A DNA stretch of 64,000 nucleotides, from contig JBBTVX010000001.1 in NCBI GenBank assembly GCA_038063015.1, positions 69,202-133,201 of the forward strand, read 5' to 3'. The translations under genes and the position numbers were made by a program. Shown here in pieces: positions 27,374-36,867 of the stretch (positions within the stretch are counted from its first letter, which is position 1; every line of letters begins with the position of its first letter). Source of the DNA: Patescibacteria group bacterium (GTDB lineage Bacteria > Patescibacteriota > Minisyncoccia > Minisyncoccales > Staskawiczbacteraceae). Under the pieces are notes generated by a model. That model saw only the letters and a list, made by a program, of their open reading frames with translations. It was not told where the DNA came from and did no database searches.

Positions 27374-27628
27374 TCACCTACGACTACGATGCGGTCGATA
27401 CGGCGACCGCTCCGGCCTCTTATGTTTCGTTCTGTCCAAATGACCATTGTGGTCATTTTTAAACTTCCATAAAAAGACGATACATCTAGATAGATGTGCT
27501 GAAACCTCGAACTCTTTTTCTAAGAGTTCACATAGCTCTTCAATAGAAGCCTTACCGTTAAGGCGAGATACTTCTTTGAAGAGAAACCTCTTGTATTTGG
27601 GTTTCAAACGAACTTTCGTCTTGGACAT
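27374..27628 (-). CDS. Small basic hypothetical protein (84 aa) with visibly higher G+C
   Basis: The internal ATG at 27628 is preceded by AAGGA. A GC-rich hairpin plus T-run lies downstream (about 27300-27345). No family was recognised. Confidence 0.45.
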   Translation of the reverse strand: MSKTKVRLKPKYKRFLFKEVSRLNGKASIEELCELLEKEFEVSAHLSRCIVFLWKFKNDHNGHLDRTKHKRPERSPYRPHRSRR

Positions 27629-27816
27629 AGGGTCGATCCTTCTAAGGGAGAAGAGAAGTGTGAAAACAGTGCCTCTTCTCTGCCCTAACAACCCCACCAT
27701 CACGAATTGACTATGTGTGCTCTATAAGCTCACCCCCCTTCCTTGTACAATGTGCTACTATGATGTTGCTTTTAATATTGTATATCTATCAAAAAACAAA
27801 GTCAAATTTTTCTATA

Positions 27817-27978
27817 CCTTGAGTTGCGAAATGCCTTCCGAATGATTTTATTTTGGCTTGCGGGCGAGGCGAAGTAAAAATTTTGAGGCATATACAGAGT
27901 ATTCTGCCGAACAAATTTTTACGAAGCCGCAGCCCAAGCCAAAATACAAAGAGTTGAAGGTCATTTCGCAATTCAGGG
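27817..27978. repeat. About 160-nt foldback (whole-element palindrome), copy A, apex TATACAGAGTAT
   Basis: The outer arms CCTTGAGTTGCGAAATGCCTTC / GAAGGTCATTTCGCAATTCAGGG pair over about 22 bp. The inner arms TTTTGGCTTG.. / ..CAAGCCAAAA also pair. Track ORF 27789..28055 is an artefact of this element. Confidence 0.6.
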
Positions 27979-28042
27979 TATGTAAGATTGAAAAATAAAA
28001 CTAAAAAAGGTAAGTTAAATAAATACATTATAAATAAATAAT

Positions 28043-28612
28043 ATGATGACAACAAAAATAATCATCGGGCTGGGCAATCCCGGCAAAAAATTTGAAGAAA
28101 CAAGGCATAATATCGGTTTTTTAGTTTTAGATAATTTTGCGGAAAAAAATAATTTCCCGCAATTTATATTGCAAAAAAAATATAAAGCATTGGTTTCAGG
28201 GGGAATTATTAACGAGGACAATGTTATTTTAGCTAAACCTCAAACCTTTATGAACGAATCGGGCAAAGCAATCAAAGAGCTTTTAAAAAATAATAAATCG
28301 CAATTAAATAGTTTAATAGTTATCCACGACGACATTGATTTGCCTGTTGGAAAAATAAAAATAATAAAAGAAAGAGGTTCAGCCGGCCACAAGGGCGTAG
28401 AATCAATAATTGAAAATATTGGAAACAAAGGACTAATAAGAATACGGATAGGCATCGCGCCGCAAAATGAAACAAATGCAAAACAAATCGTACTGAAAAA
28501 ATTTAATAAGAAAGAAAAAGAAACTATGAATAATGTAAATAACAAAACGGTCGAAGCGCTTGATTTTTTACTCCAAAATGGATTGGAAAAAGCAATGAAT
28601 AAATATAATTAA
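28043..28612 (+). CDS. pth: Peptidyl-tRNA hydrolase
   Basis: IIGLGNPGKKFEETRHNIGF and HDDIDLPVGKIK motifs. Confidence 0.95.
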   Translation: MMTTKIIIGLGNPGKKFEETRHNIGFLVLDNFAEKNNFPQFILQKKYKALVSGGIINEDNVILAKPQTFMNESGKAIKELLKNNKSQLNSLIVIHDDIDLPVGKIKIIKERGSAGHKGVESIIENIGNKGLIRIRIGIAPQNETNAKQIVLKKFNKKEKETMNNVNNKTVEALDFLLQNGLEKAMNKYN

Positions 28613-28625
28613 AAAAGAGAAGACT

Positions 28626-28784
28626 GGTCGCTAAGCAATCTTTTCGTAAGCGAAAATTAAATATTTTGAAGCGAAAATTTGGGAGAGCGAGGAGGTTTAT
28701 ACAGAGTATAAGCCGACGAGCTATCACAAATTTGCAGCCAAAAGATTTAATTTGCAGTAGAAAATGATTGCTGAGCGAGCGGTC
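28626..28784. repeat. About 160-nt foldback, copy B, same apical TATACAGAGTAT motif
   Basis: The arms GCTAAGCAATCTTTTCGTA / TAGAAAATGATTGCTGAGC and GCGAAAATTAAATATTTTG / CAAAAGATTTAATTTGC pair. Copy B shares the apex and sub-apical GCGAGG...GCCGA with copy A. Confidence 0.6.
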
Positions 28785-28790
28785 ATGTAT

Positions 28791-30836
28791 ATGGACTTGA
28801 TTATAGTGGAAAGCCCGACTAAGGGCCACACAATTGAAAAATTTTTAGGAAAAAATTATAAAGTTTTGTCTTCTTTCGGCCATGTAAGAGATTTACCAAA
28901 AAGCAGGTTGGGGGTGGATGTTGAAAAAAACTTTGAGCCGGAATATGTTGTGCCGACAAAAGCTAAAAAATTAGTGTCTCAATTAAAAAAAGAGTCTGCT
29001 AAAGCAAAAAATACTATTTTGGCAACCGACGAAGACCGTGAAGGAGAGGCAATCGCCTGGCATCTAAAAGAAGCTTTAAAACTGGACAGTCCTCAAAGAA
29101 TTGTATTCCATGAAATAACCAAAGAAGCAATCCAGGAAGCATTAAAAAATCCGAGAGACATTGATATGAATATGGTTGATGCCCAACAAGCCAGAAGGGT
29201 TTTAGACAGAATAGTGGGGTACAAACTCTCTCCGTTTTTATGGAAAAAAATAGCAAGAGGATTATCGGCTGGCAGAGTGCAATCAGTAGCCGTCAGATTA
29301 GTTGTTGAGAAAGAAAGAGAAATTGAAAAATTTATTGCCCAAGAATACTGGCAAATAGAAGCGCTTTTAAAAAAAGGGGCCGATGAATTTTCTGCTATGT
29401 TAATTAAAAAAAATGAAAAGGTTATTGATAAACTAGAAATTAAAAATAAAGAAGAAGCAGACGAGATTCTAAGCGAACTTAAAGGGGCAGAATATACAGT
29501 TGAAAATGTTGAAAAAAAAGAGGAAAAAAGAAATCCTTTTTCTCCTTTCACTACGAGCACACTGCAACAAGCTGCTTGGCAAAAATTTCATTTCCCCGCC
29601 AAAATGACAATGCAGACAGCTCAACGGCTTTATGAAGAAGGACATATCACCTATCACAGAACAGATTCTTTGAATCTTTCTGAAATATCTTTGTTCGCTG
29701 CCAAAAAATTTATTGAAGAAACATTCGGTAAAAATTATTGGGCTGGATTTTTAAGAAAATACAAAGCGAAGGGCAATGCGCAGGAGGCCCACGAAGCAAT
29801 AAGACCAACCCATGCCGACAGAACACCGGAACATCTAAAGGATATAGACCCAAGACAATTAAAACTCTATACTTTAATCTGGCAAAGATTTGTCGCCTGC
29901 CAAATGGCGCCAGCCATATTTAATTCTATTTCTGCAGACATCAAAGCAAAAAATTATATCTTTAGGGCAAATGGCCAAACTTTAAAATTTGATGGTTTTT
30001 TAAAAATTTACCCGACAAAATTTGAAGAAAAAGAATTGCCTCTTTTGGAAAAAAATGACGATTTAAATCTTGTAAAATTAGACAGCTTTCAACATTTTAC
30101 AGAGCCACCAGCAAGATATAATGAAGCGAGCTTAATCAAGGCGCTTGAAAAGCGCGGCATAGGCAGACCTTCTACTTACGCTCCGACCCTAACTACCATA
30201 CAAACCAGAAATTATATTGAAAAAAATGAACAAAAAAAAATTTTCCCAACCGAAATGGGGATAATGGTTAATGATGTTTTGATAGAAAATTTTCCAGAAA
30301 TAGTGGATATTGATTTTACAGCGAAATTAGAAAAAGAATTAGACCAAATTGCTGAAGGAAAAGATACCTGGGTCAAAACCTGCCGAGATTTTTATACTCC
30401 ATTTTCAAAAAACCTTAAAGAAAAATATGAAAATGTTTCTAAAAAAAGGTTTGCAGAAACGCCCACAGACAGAAAATGCCCAAAATGCAACTCGCCTTTA
30501 GTAGAAAAAATGGGTAGGTTCGGCAGATTCTATGGTTGCTCCAAATTCCCCGATTGCAAACATACGGAACCAATAAAAAACAACGGCATAGGAATTAAGT
30601 GTCCAAAATGTCTCGCTTCGCGAGATCTGGCGAAAACAGACAAAATTGGAGAAATCGTCGGTAAAAAAACAAAAAAGGGAAAAATATTTTATGGCTGCGA
30701 TCAATTTCCAAAATGTGATTTTGCCGCATGGGACAAACCCATAGATGAGTCGTGTCCTGTATGCGGGTCTATTTTAGTGGAAACAAAAAGAAAAATTGCA
30801 AAATGCAGCAACAAGGAGTGCGGCTACAAAAAATGA
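28791..30836 (+). CDS. topA: DNA topoisomerase I with C-terminal zinc ribbons
   Basis: The start was chosen at MDLIIVESPTKGHTIEKFLG (Toprim). The track start at 28764 lies inside foldback B. The active-site region reads ITYHRTDS, and the tail has several CPKC/CPVC fingers. Confidence 0.93.
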   Translation: MDLIIVESPTKGHTIEKFLGKNYKVLSSFGHVRDLPKSRLGVDVEKNFEPEYVVPTKAKKLVSQLKKESAKAKNTILATDEDREGEAIAWHLKEALKLDSPQRIVFHEITKEAIQEALKNPRDIDMNMVDAQQARRVLDRIVGYKLSPFLWKKIARGLSAGRVQSVAVRLVVEKEREIEKFIAQEYWQIEALLKKGADEFSAMLIKKNEKVIDKLEIKNKEEADEILSELKGAEYTVENVEKKEEKRNPFSPFTTSTLQQAAWQKFHFPAKMTMQTAQRLYEEGHITYHRTDSLNLSEISLFAAKKFIEETFGKNYWAGFLRKYKAKGNAQEAHEAIRPTHADRTPEHLKDIDPRQLKLYTLIWQRFVACQMAPAIFNSISADIKAKNYIFRANGQTLKFDGFLKIYPTKFEEKELPLLEKNDDLNLVKLDSFQHFTEPPARYNEASLIKALEKRGIGRPSTYAPTLTTIQTRNYIEKNEQKKIFPTEMGIMVNDVLIENFPEIVDIDFTAKLEKELDQIAEGKDTWVKTCRDFYTPFSKNLKEKYENVSKKRFAETPTDRKCPKCNSPLVEKMGRFGRFYGCSKFPDCKHTEPIKNNGIGIKCPKCLASRDLAKTDKIGEIVGKKTKKGKIFYGCDQFPKCDFAAWDKPIDESCPVCGSILVETKRKIAKCSNKECGYKK

Positions 30837-32626
30837 ACGAAATACAAAAAATTATAAAAAACAGCTCTAACCCAAAATTAATTGAGGATGCTTTTGAATT
30901 TGCCAAAGAAGCTTATAAAGAAAAAAGGCGACTTTCCGGCGAAAATTATATTGAGCATGCCCTAAGAGTGGCTTCTGCTTTAGATAAAATGGGACTAGAC
31001 CCACTAACCGTTGCTTTCGGACTTTTACACGATGTAATAGATGACATGCCTGCTCCGACTAAAAAAAACGAGCTTTCGGGAGTTGAAAAAAAGTTTGGAA
31101 AAGAAATAACGAACTTAGTAGAAAAAATTTCAGATTTAAATAAAATCCGCTATTCTTTAGCAATCAATTTAAAAGAAAAAAAAACACTTGCTAAAGAAAA
31201 GGTTGAAAATTTAAGAATGATGTTTCTGGCAATAGCGGGAGATTTAAGAGTAATTTTGATAGAACTTGTCTCAAGGCTTGATGGTTTAAATTTTTTACAT
31301 TATTTACCTGAAGAACAACAAAAATTATACGCCATAGAAACTTTACAAATTTTTGCGCCGACAGCTAACAGATTGGGATTATCTGGAATTAGAAGAAACC
31401 TTGAAGATTTATCTTTTTCTTATTTGTTCCCAAAAAGATTTAAATGGCTTAAAGACAATATAAAAGAAGAATATGAAGAAAAAGAAAAATATCTTAAAAA
31501 GATTTTACCGCAATTAAAAAAACATCTAAAAAAAGAAAGATTAAAATTTGTAGATATAAACTATAGGGCAAAATCATATTGGAGCACCTACCAAAAACTT
31601 ACAAAACATAATATGAGTTTTGATAAAATTCATGACTTAATTGCTCTAAGAATAATCGTTAAAGACATAAAAGATTGCTACAAAACTCTTGGAATAATCC
31701 ACAAATATTACAAACCCATATCTGAAGAAATTAATGACTACATAGCCAAACCAAAATCTAATGGATACAGATCTTTGCATACAACTGTTTTTTGCGAAAA
31801 AGATAGAATAACAGAAATTCAAATAAGAACTGAAGAGATGCAGAAAGAGGCGGAATACGGTGTTTGCGCCCATTGGTCTTATAAAGAAAAAATTAACCTT
31901 AAAAATGAAGGAGAAAAATTTAAATGGATAAACCCCATTAGAAGCCAGGGAGAGTTAGAGAAAATACAAAAAAAACAAACTTCCAATGGAGTGAAAGAAA
32001 TTCCTGAATTTTGGAAAACATTTAAAGTTGACTTCTTTTTAAACCAAGTTTTTACATTCACCCCTAAAGGAGACGTAATCGTTTTAGCAAAAGGGTCAAC
32101 TCCAATTGATTTTGCTTATGCTGTGCATTCTGATATCGGCAGCCACTGCGAATCTGCGAAAGTTGGAGGCAAGATAGTTCCGCTTTCCCATATTTTAGAA
32201 AATGGCGACGTGATTGAAATTACTGTCAATAAAAATAAAAAACCGTCAAAAGACTGGCTAAGGTTTGTTAAAACAAGTTTGGCAAAGTCTCAAATTAAAA
32301 AAACAGTTGCCCAGGATGAGCCGTCTTTTTCTTTTACCATACCCCGTTTTATAAAAAAGAAAATTTTTGAAATTACGGAAAAAGTTAAAAAAAGAAAAGA
32401 GGAAAAAATACAAATTAAAAAAGAAAAGCCAAGAGAAATTTATCTTGCCGGCCAAAAGGGCATAATGGTAAATATGGCAAAATGCTGCAATCCCCAGCCG
32501 GAAGACGAAGTTAGGGCATACCTCACAAAACACAGAGCCGCTGTTTTACACAAAACTTCGTGTGAAAACTTCCAAAAATTAGCCAAAAAATTCCCGGAAA
32601 AAATTATCAGCGCCTCGTGGAAATAA
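30833..32626 (+). CDS. RelA/SpoT-family bifunctional (p)ppGpp synthetase/hydrolase
   Basis: The ATG overlaps the topA stop (ATGA). HD domain (LLHDVIDD), synthetase motif (YRSLHTTV...EIQIRT) and TGS domain (FTPKGDVIVLAKGSTPIDFAY). Confidence 0.9.
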   Translation: MNEIQKIIKNSSNPKLIEDAFEFAKEAYKEKRRLSGENYIEHALRVASALDKMGLDPLTVAFGLLHDVIDDMPAPTKKNELSGVEKKFGKEITNLVEKISDLNKIRYSLAINLKEKKTLAKEKVENLRMMFLAIAGDLRVILIELVSRLDGLNFLHYLPEEQQKLYAIETLQIFAPTANRLGLSGIRRNLEDLSFSYLFPKRFKWLKDNIKEEYEEKEKYLKKILPQLKKHLKKERLKFVDINYRAKSYWSTYQKLTKHNMSFDKIHDLIALRIIVKDIKDCYKTLGIIHKYYKPISEEINDYIAKPKSNGYRSLHTTVFCEKDRITEIQIRTEEMQKEAEYGVCAHWSYKEKINLKNEGEKFKWINPIRSQGELEKIQKKQTSNGVKEIPEFWKTFKVDFFLNQVFTFTPKGDVIVLAKGSTPIDFAYAVHSDIGSHCESAKVGGKIVPLSHILENGDVIEITVNKNKKPSKDWLRFVKTSLAKSQIKKTVAQDEPSFSFTIPRFIKKKIFEITEKVKKRKEEKIQIKKEKPREIYLAGQKGIMVNMAKCCNPQPEDEVRAYLTKHRAAVLHKTSCENFQKLAKKFPEKIISASWK

Positions 32627-32669
32627 TCTTGAAAAATTTCTAAAATGTGATAAAATTAAGCATAAACAA

Positions 32670-32752
32670 GCCGAGGTGGCGGAATGGCAGACGCACGGGA
32701 CTCAAAATCCCGCGATCGCAAGATCATGAGGGTTCAACTCCCTCCCTCGGCA
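32670..32752 (+). tRNA. tRNA-Leu (anticodon CAA), type II with a long variable arm, no encoded CCA
   Basis: Acceptor stem GCCGAGG/CCTCGGC, anticodon loop CTCAAAA, variable arm GATCGCAAGATC, and T arm GAGGG-TTCAACT-CCCTC. Confidence 0.9.
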
Positions 32753-32766
32753 CATTAAAAAAAGAG

Positions 32767-33321
32767 CTAATTAGGACGAGGGAAATTATATCTTTTAATA
32801 ATTTTATAGGCGTTTTTTCTAAATAATATATTTAAAATATATCCCGTTAAAATACCCAAGATAGCGCCTGCTAAAATATCAGACGGCCAGTGGATGCCGA
32901 CAAAAACGCGGGCTAAAACAACAAGTAAGCTGGCAATATAAAATATAATTCCGATTTTTTTGTTATAAAAATAAACAATTGCGGATAAGGCAAAATAAAA
33001 GCTGGCGTGGCCGGAAGGAAAAGAGGCTTCTTTCGCGTCATAATCTATGAGCAAGTTTACGTTATTTGTAATAAACGGCCTTGGCCTGAACCACATCCAA
33101 CGGATAATTTCGGCTAATATAAATCTTGTAAAAGCCGCGACAATGACGGCCTCTAACGCCATTTTCCAATATTTCTTGAAATTTATAACTAAAAAAAGAA
33201 CCAAAACTGCGGCTAAAATGTATTCTGAATATTTAACGATAAAAAATCCAATAAAATCCAGCCAATACCATTTAAAAGCCAGTCCGTTAATTAAATTAAA
33301 TAGATATAAATCTATACTCAT
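32767..33321 (-). CDS. PAP2-family lipid phosphatase (undecaprenyl-diphosphatase-like)
   Basis: PSGH and SRV..G.H...D motifs (FPSGHASF, ARVFVGIHWPSD). Confidence 0.8.
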   Translation of the reverse strand: MSIDLYLFNLINGLAFKWYWLDFIGFFIVKYSEYILAAVLVLFLVINFKKYWKMALEAVIVAAFTRFILAEIIRWMWFRPRPFITNNVNLLIDYDAKEASFPSGHASFYFALSAIVYFYNKKIGIIFYIASLLVVLARVFVGIHWPSDILAGAILGILTGYILNILFRKNAYKIIKRYNFPRPN

Positions 33322-34565
33322 ATTGGGAGGGGGAATTTTTTACAAAGATTTTTTATTTCTCCGCGAATTTTCTTTGCGCTTTTTGGATTTGAAATAACCT
33401 CGTTTATCCAGCCTGCTATTTTTTTCATTTCTTTTTCTTTCATTCCTCTTGTTGTAATTGCCGGCGTGCCCATTCTTATGCCAGACGGCTTAAAAGGCGG
33501 AGCGGGGTCAAAAGGAATACTGTTTTTATTTATCGTAATCCCGGCTTCCTCCAATAAATCTGCCGCTTCCTTCCCCGCTATATTTTTGTTTCTTAGGTCA
33601 ATCAGAATTAAATGGTTTTCCGTTCCGCCGGATATTATTTTAAAGCCGTATTTTTTTAGTTCTTCGGCCAGCGTTTTTGCGTTTTTTACAATTTGGCTTG
33701 AATATTTTTTAAAAGCAGGGGCTGACGCTTCTTTCAAGCAAACTGCAATCCCGGCTATCTGATGCATATGCGGTCCGCCCTGAAATCCCGGAAAAATTGC
33801 CTTATCAATTTTTTGTGGCAATTCAGAATCTTTTTTAATACCCCTTTCCGTTACCATAATCATTCCCCCTCTCGGACCTCGCAATGTTTTATGGGTTGTA
33901 GTGGTAATAATATGAACATAAGGAACGGGGCTCGGGTGAGCTCCGCCAACTACCAACCCTGCAATGTGGGCAATGTCGGCTACTAAATATGCTCCAACTA
34001 AATCTGCGATATCTCCAAGTCGTTTCCAGTCAAATATTCTTGGATAAGCAGTAGCTCCCACGAAAATAAGCTTTGGGTTGTTTTCTTTGGCTAATTTTTC
34101 AATTTCGTCATAATTTATCAAGTGCGTTTTTTCATCAACGCCGTATTGCATCGATTTAAAAAACTTTGCAGAAAAATTTACTTTCCAGCCATGAGTCAAA
34201 TGGCCCCCCATAGGCAAAGCCATCCCCATTACTGTGTCTCCCGGCTGGCATACGGCCATATAAACAGCGGCATTGGCAGGTGAGCCGGAATATGGCTGAA
34301 CATTGGCGTGGGGAACGCCAAATAGTTTTTTTGCCCTATCCCGACAAAGATTTTCCAAAACATCATAATATTTACAGCCGTTATAATATCTTTTTCCGGG
34401 GTATCCTTCTGTGTATTTATCAGACAAAACAGAACCAAGCGCTTCTCTTACGGCCGGCGAAGAATGATTTTCAGACGGAATCATTTCCAAAGATGTCTTT
34501 TGCCTTTCTGTTTCCAATTCAATTAGTTTTGCAACCTGCAAATCTTGTTTTTTTAATTTTGCCAT
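33318..34565 (-). CDS. glyA: Serine hydroxymethyltransferase
   Basis: TTTTHKTLRGPRGG PLP-lysine motif. 415 aa. Confidence 0.95.
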   Translation of the reverse strand: MAKLKKQDLQVAKLIELETERQKTSLEMIPSENHSSPAVREALGSVLSDKYTEGYPGKRYYNGCKYYDVLENLCRDRAKKLFGVPHANVQPYSGSPANAAVYMAVCQPGDTVMGMALPMGGHLTHGWKVNFSAKFFKSMQYGVDEKTHLINYDEIEKLAKENNPKLIFVGATAYPRIFDWKRLGDIADLVGAYLVADIAHIAGLVVGGAHPSPVPYVHIITTTTHKTLRGPRGGMIMVTERGIKKDSELPQKIDKAIFPGFQGGPHMHQIAGIAVCLKEASAPAFKKYSSQIVKNAKTLAEELKKYGFKIISGGTENHLILIDLRNKNIAGKEAADLLEEAGITINKNSIPFDPAPPFKPSGIRMGTPAITTRGMKEKEMKKIAGWINEVISNPKSAKKIRGEIKNLCKKFPLPI

Positions 34566-34628
34566 ATTGTTTTTCCTCTTTAATTATATTTTAGTATATC
34601 AAATTCCCCTTTTTATTCAAACAACAAC

Positions 34629-34658
34629 AAAAAAAGCTCAGCGACGTTGTTGCTGAGC
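34629..34658 (-). terminator. Intrinsic terminator of the ClpP-like gene
   Basis: GCTCAGC / GCTGAGC stem followed by T7 on the minus strand. Confidence 0.65.
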
Positions 34659-34668
34659 CTATACTAAG

Positions 34669-35265
34669 TTAAGTCGGTTTTTTGACTATTTCGTCAATAA
34701 AACCAAATTCCTTGGCTTCTGGCGCAGTAAAAATCCTTTCCTCCTTCCACCACTTTTTAATCAGTTTCAACGGCTGACCACTTCGCTCGGCAATACCACT
34801 TATCTCTTTTTGATGATAGGATATCCTTTTCCTTAATTCATCAATCTGCTTTCTCCCCAACCTAACAGTATCTTCAGAAACAATTTTTGCATCAATAATA
34901 TTATCAACCCTTATAGTCAGACTGCCACCGTGGAACATCAATTTAGCATTAGGATAAGCCATCCGCCTATGGCAGGCCTGGATAACAGCAAATGCCGCAG
35001 AATAAGCAACACCGGTCACAACTCCGTAAACCGGCGCTGCCGAATTTTTAATATTGTCTGAAATATTTTGTGCAGTATCCCCAGAACCCCCACAAGAATC
35101 GACAAAAAGGGTTATCGATTCAGAACTAACAGCATTCAAATACAAAATAGCTGCGGAAATAATTTGCTCTTGTATTTCCGGATCAGTGGCTACGTCTCCT
35201 ACTAGAATAATTTCTCTTCTAGCGAGAAAAGGCCTTAGTTCGTCAAACCCTTTTGGATAAATCAT
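34669..35265 (-). CDS. ClpP-fold (S14-like) serine protease, stand-alone, higher G+C
   Basis: The start was chosen at MIYPKGF (AAGGAAACAG upstream). Contains FVDSCGGSG, GVAYSAAF (candidate Ser) and LMFHGG (candidate His). Confidence 0.6.
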   Translation of the reverse strand: MIYPKGFDELRPFLARREIILVGDVATDPEIQEQIISAAILYLNAVSSESITLFVDSCGGSGDTAQNISDNIKNSAAPVYGVVTGVAYSAAFAVIQACHRRMAYPNAKLMFHGGSLTIRVDNIIDAKIVSEDTVRLGRKQIDELRKRISYHQKEISGIAERSGQPLKLIKKWWKEERIFTAPEAKEFGFIDEIVKKPT

Positions 35266-35361
35266 TACTGTTTCCTTCCGCAAATAGAGGGTACGGAGCA
35301 AAAAATCTCTCTAAAGAACTAATTTAATAGATAACATTTAATCATTATCTTGTCAATATTT

Positions 35362-35400
35362 TTACAAAAACACCAGTTTCGTTTCCACAAAACTGGTGTT
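35362..35400 (-). terminator. Intrinsic terminator of the HD-domain gene
   Basis: AACACCAGTTT / AAACTGGTGTT stem followed by TTTTGT on the minus strand. Confidence 0.6.
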
Positions 35401-35416
35401 GACTAAACAAGGAGTA

Positions 35417-36169
35417 TTACTTTTCAGCTCTATTCAGAAAATCATTAATATGATTTTCCATAAACTCTTTCCGGTCAGCAACTACCTTTCTCATTTTCCC
35501 CCTTTCAAAAAAGGGGGAAACTGGCGCAAGAACTTGATCAGTAACAAGAAGTTGAAAAACCAGATATCCGAACACTGATTTATCCCTCATCTCAGAACGC
35601 ATATCAGGAGTAATGTCCTCTCTTGTTTTACTTCTGAATAAATTAATAATTTTTCTTTCAGACCATTTTTCATTGGGTAGAGGAAGGTCGGGAATCTCAA
35701 AACCTTTAATTTGTGTTACGCGTTCATGTGTTCCTTCTTTAGTCAAATGATCAAGATGGTCAATCGACGAAAGCAATTGCAAACACAGATTCTTATAATC
35801 TGAATCATCAATCGGCTTGTCCCTCTTTTTCACGCCGCTTGAGTGATTGGCAACAGCATAAAGAAGCCATTTTTTTTGAAGACCAGATAAGAAATCAAGC
35901 TTTCCTTCCGCAATAAGCTTTTTCAACAATTTTTCGGACTCTTTTTGATGATTAGGACCAGGGTTTTTAGATATCCCAATATCATGCAAGATAATACCGC
36001 ATTCCAAAACTTCCCACATTCCATCAAAATCAGATTGATCTTGATTAGATTCTCGCAAAATTTCAAAATCTTTATACATTCGTTCACAATGCCAAACTCT
36101 GTCTTCGTACTTTTCAAGCATTTTCCGGGCAATACTCCACAACTTTTTTTTTGTTGCTTTAGATAACAT
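35417..36169 (-). CDS. HD-domain phosphohydrolase
   Basis: The start was chosen at MLSKATKK (GGGGGAAGTGAG RBS). Contains a W-H-C...ILHDIG (H...HD) motif. Confidence 0.55.
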   Translation of the reverse strand: MLSKATKKKLWSIARKMLEKYEDRVWHCERMYKDFEILRESNQDQSDFDGMWEVLECGIILHDIGISKNPGPNHQKESEKLLKKLIAEGKLDFLSGLQKKWLLYAVANHSSGVKKRDKPIDDSDYKNLCLQLLSSIDHLDHLTKEGTHERVTQIKGFEIPDLPLPNEKWSERKIINLFRSKTREDITPDMRSEMRDKSVFGYLVFQLLVTDQVLAPVSPFFERGKMRKVVADRKEFMENHINDFLNRAEK

Positions 36170-36279
36170 CTCACTTCCCCCTGCTTTTTTCTTTGATTTC
36201 AAGGAACAATTCTATCTCACCTTAAGATAGATTATGGCATACCATAATATTATCATGTTAATATATATTTTAAAATATG

Positions 36280-36867
36280 TCAACCCCTTAATACTTTTTT
36301 ATTTTTTACCGACAAATCAATGATTTTTGATGGTTTTGATTTTAATAGGTCGCCTCCATCAATTATTAAATCAGGCTTATTTTTGTTATCTGCAAATTTT
36401 GCAATAATTTCTTTTATTTTCTTTATTTCCGGCTTACCTGAAATGTTTACCGATGTCTGCGCCAGTGGTTTGTTTATTTTTTTCAATAAATCATTTAAAA
36501 ATTTATATTTAGGAATTCTTATCCCAATAGTATTATTTTTACCAATTACCAGCTTGGATAAATTTTTACTTGCTTTTAACTTTAAAATGAACGTATATTT
36601 TCCCGGCCAATGCTTTTTAAGAATTTTTTCTTGGTCTTTTGTTATTTCTGCTAGCTCTTTTGCCGCCTTTATATCTTTTACAAAAACAGGCAATGGTTTT
36701 GACCTTGCCCTTTTCTTTATTTTAAAAATTTTTTCAACAGCTTTTTTGTTTCCAGCATCTGCCAAAAATCCGTAAACAGTGTCTGTGGGGAATATAACAA
36801 CGCCTCCGTTTTTAATAATACCCGCTGTTCTATTTACTGCTTTTTGCCCCAACTTTATAACCTCCAT
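36280..36867 (-). CDS. tsaC: L-threonylcarbamoyladenylate synthase (TsaC/YrdC)
   Basis: VIFPTDTVYGFLAD, plus SKPL and TSVNISG motifs. Confidence 0.85.
   Translation of the reverse strand: MEVIKLGQKAVNRTAGIIKNGGVVIFPTDTVYGFLADAGNKKAVEKIFKIKKRARSKPLPVFVKDIKAAKELAEITKDQEKILKKHWPGKYTFILKLKASKNLSKLVIGKNNTIGIRIPKYKFLNDLLKKINKPLAQTSVNISGKPEIKKIKEIIAKFADNKNKPDLIIDGGDLLKSKPSKIIDLSVKNKKVLRG

Noticed and set aside
27789-28221. ORFs 27789..28055 and 28015..28221 (minus)
   Set aside because: The first is created by foldback element A, and the second is antisense to the pth start. Neither has an RBS.
28524-28829. ORF 28524..28829 (minus) and the upstream start of topA at 28764
   Set aside because: Both lie within foldback element B. 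The conserved Toprim N-terminus begins at the ATG at 28791.
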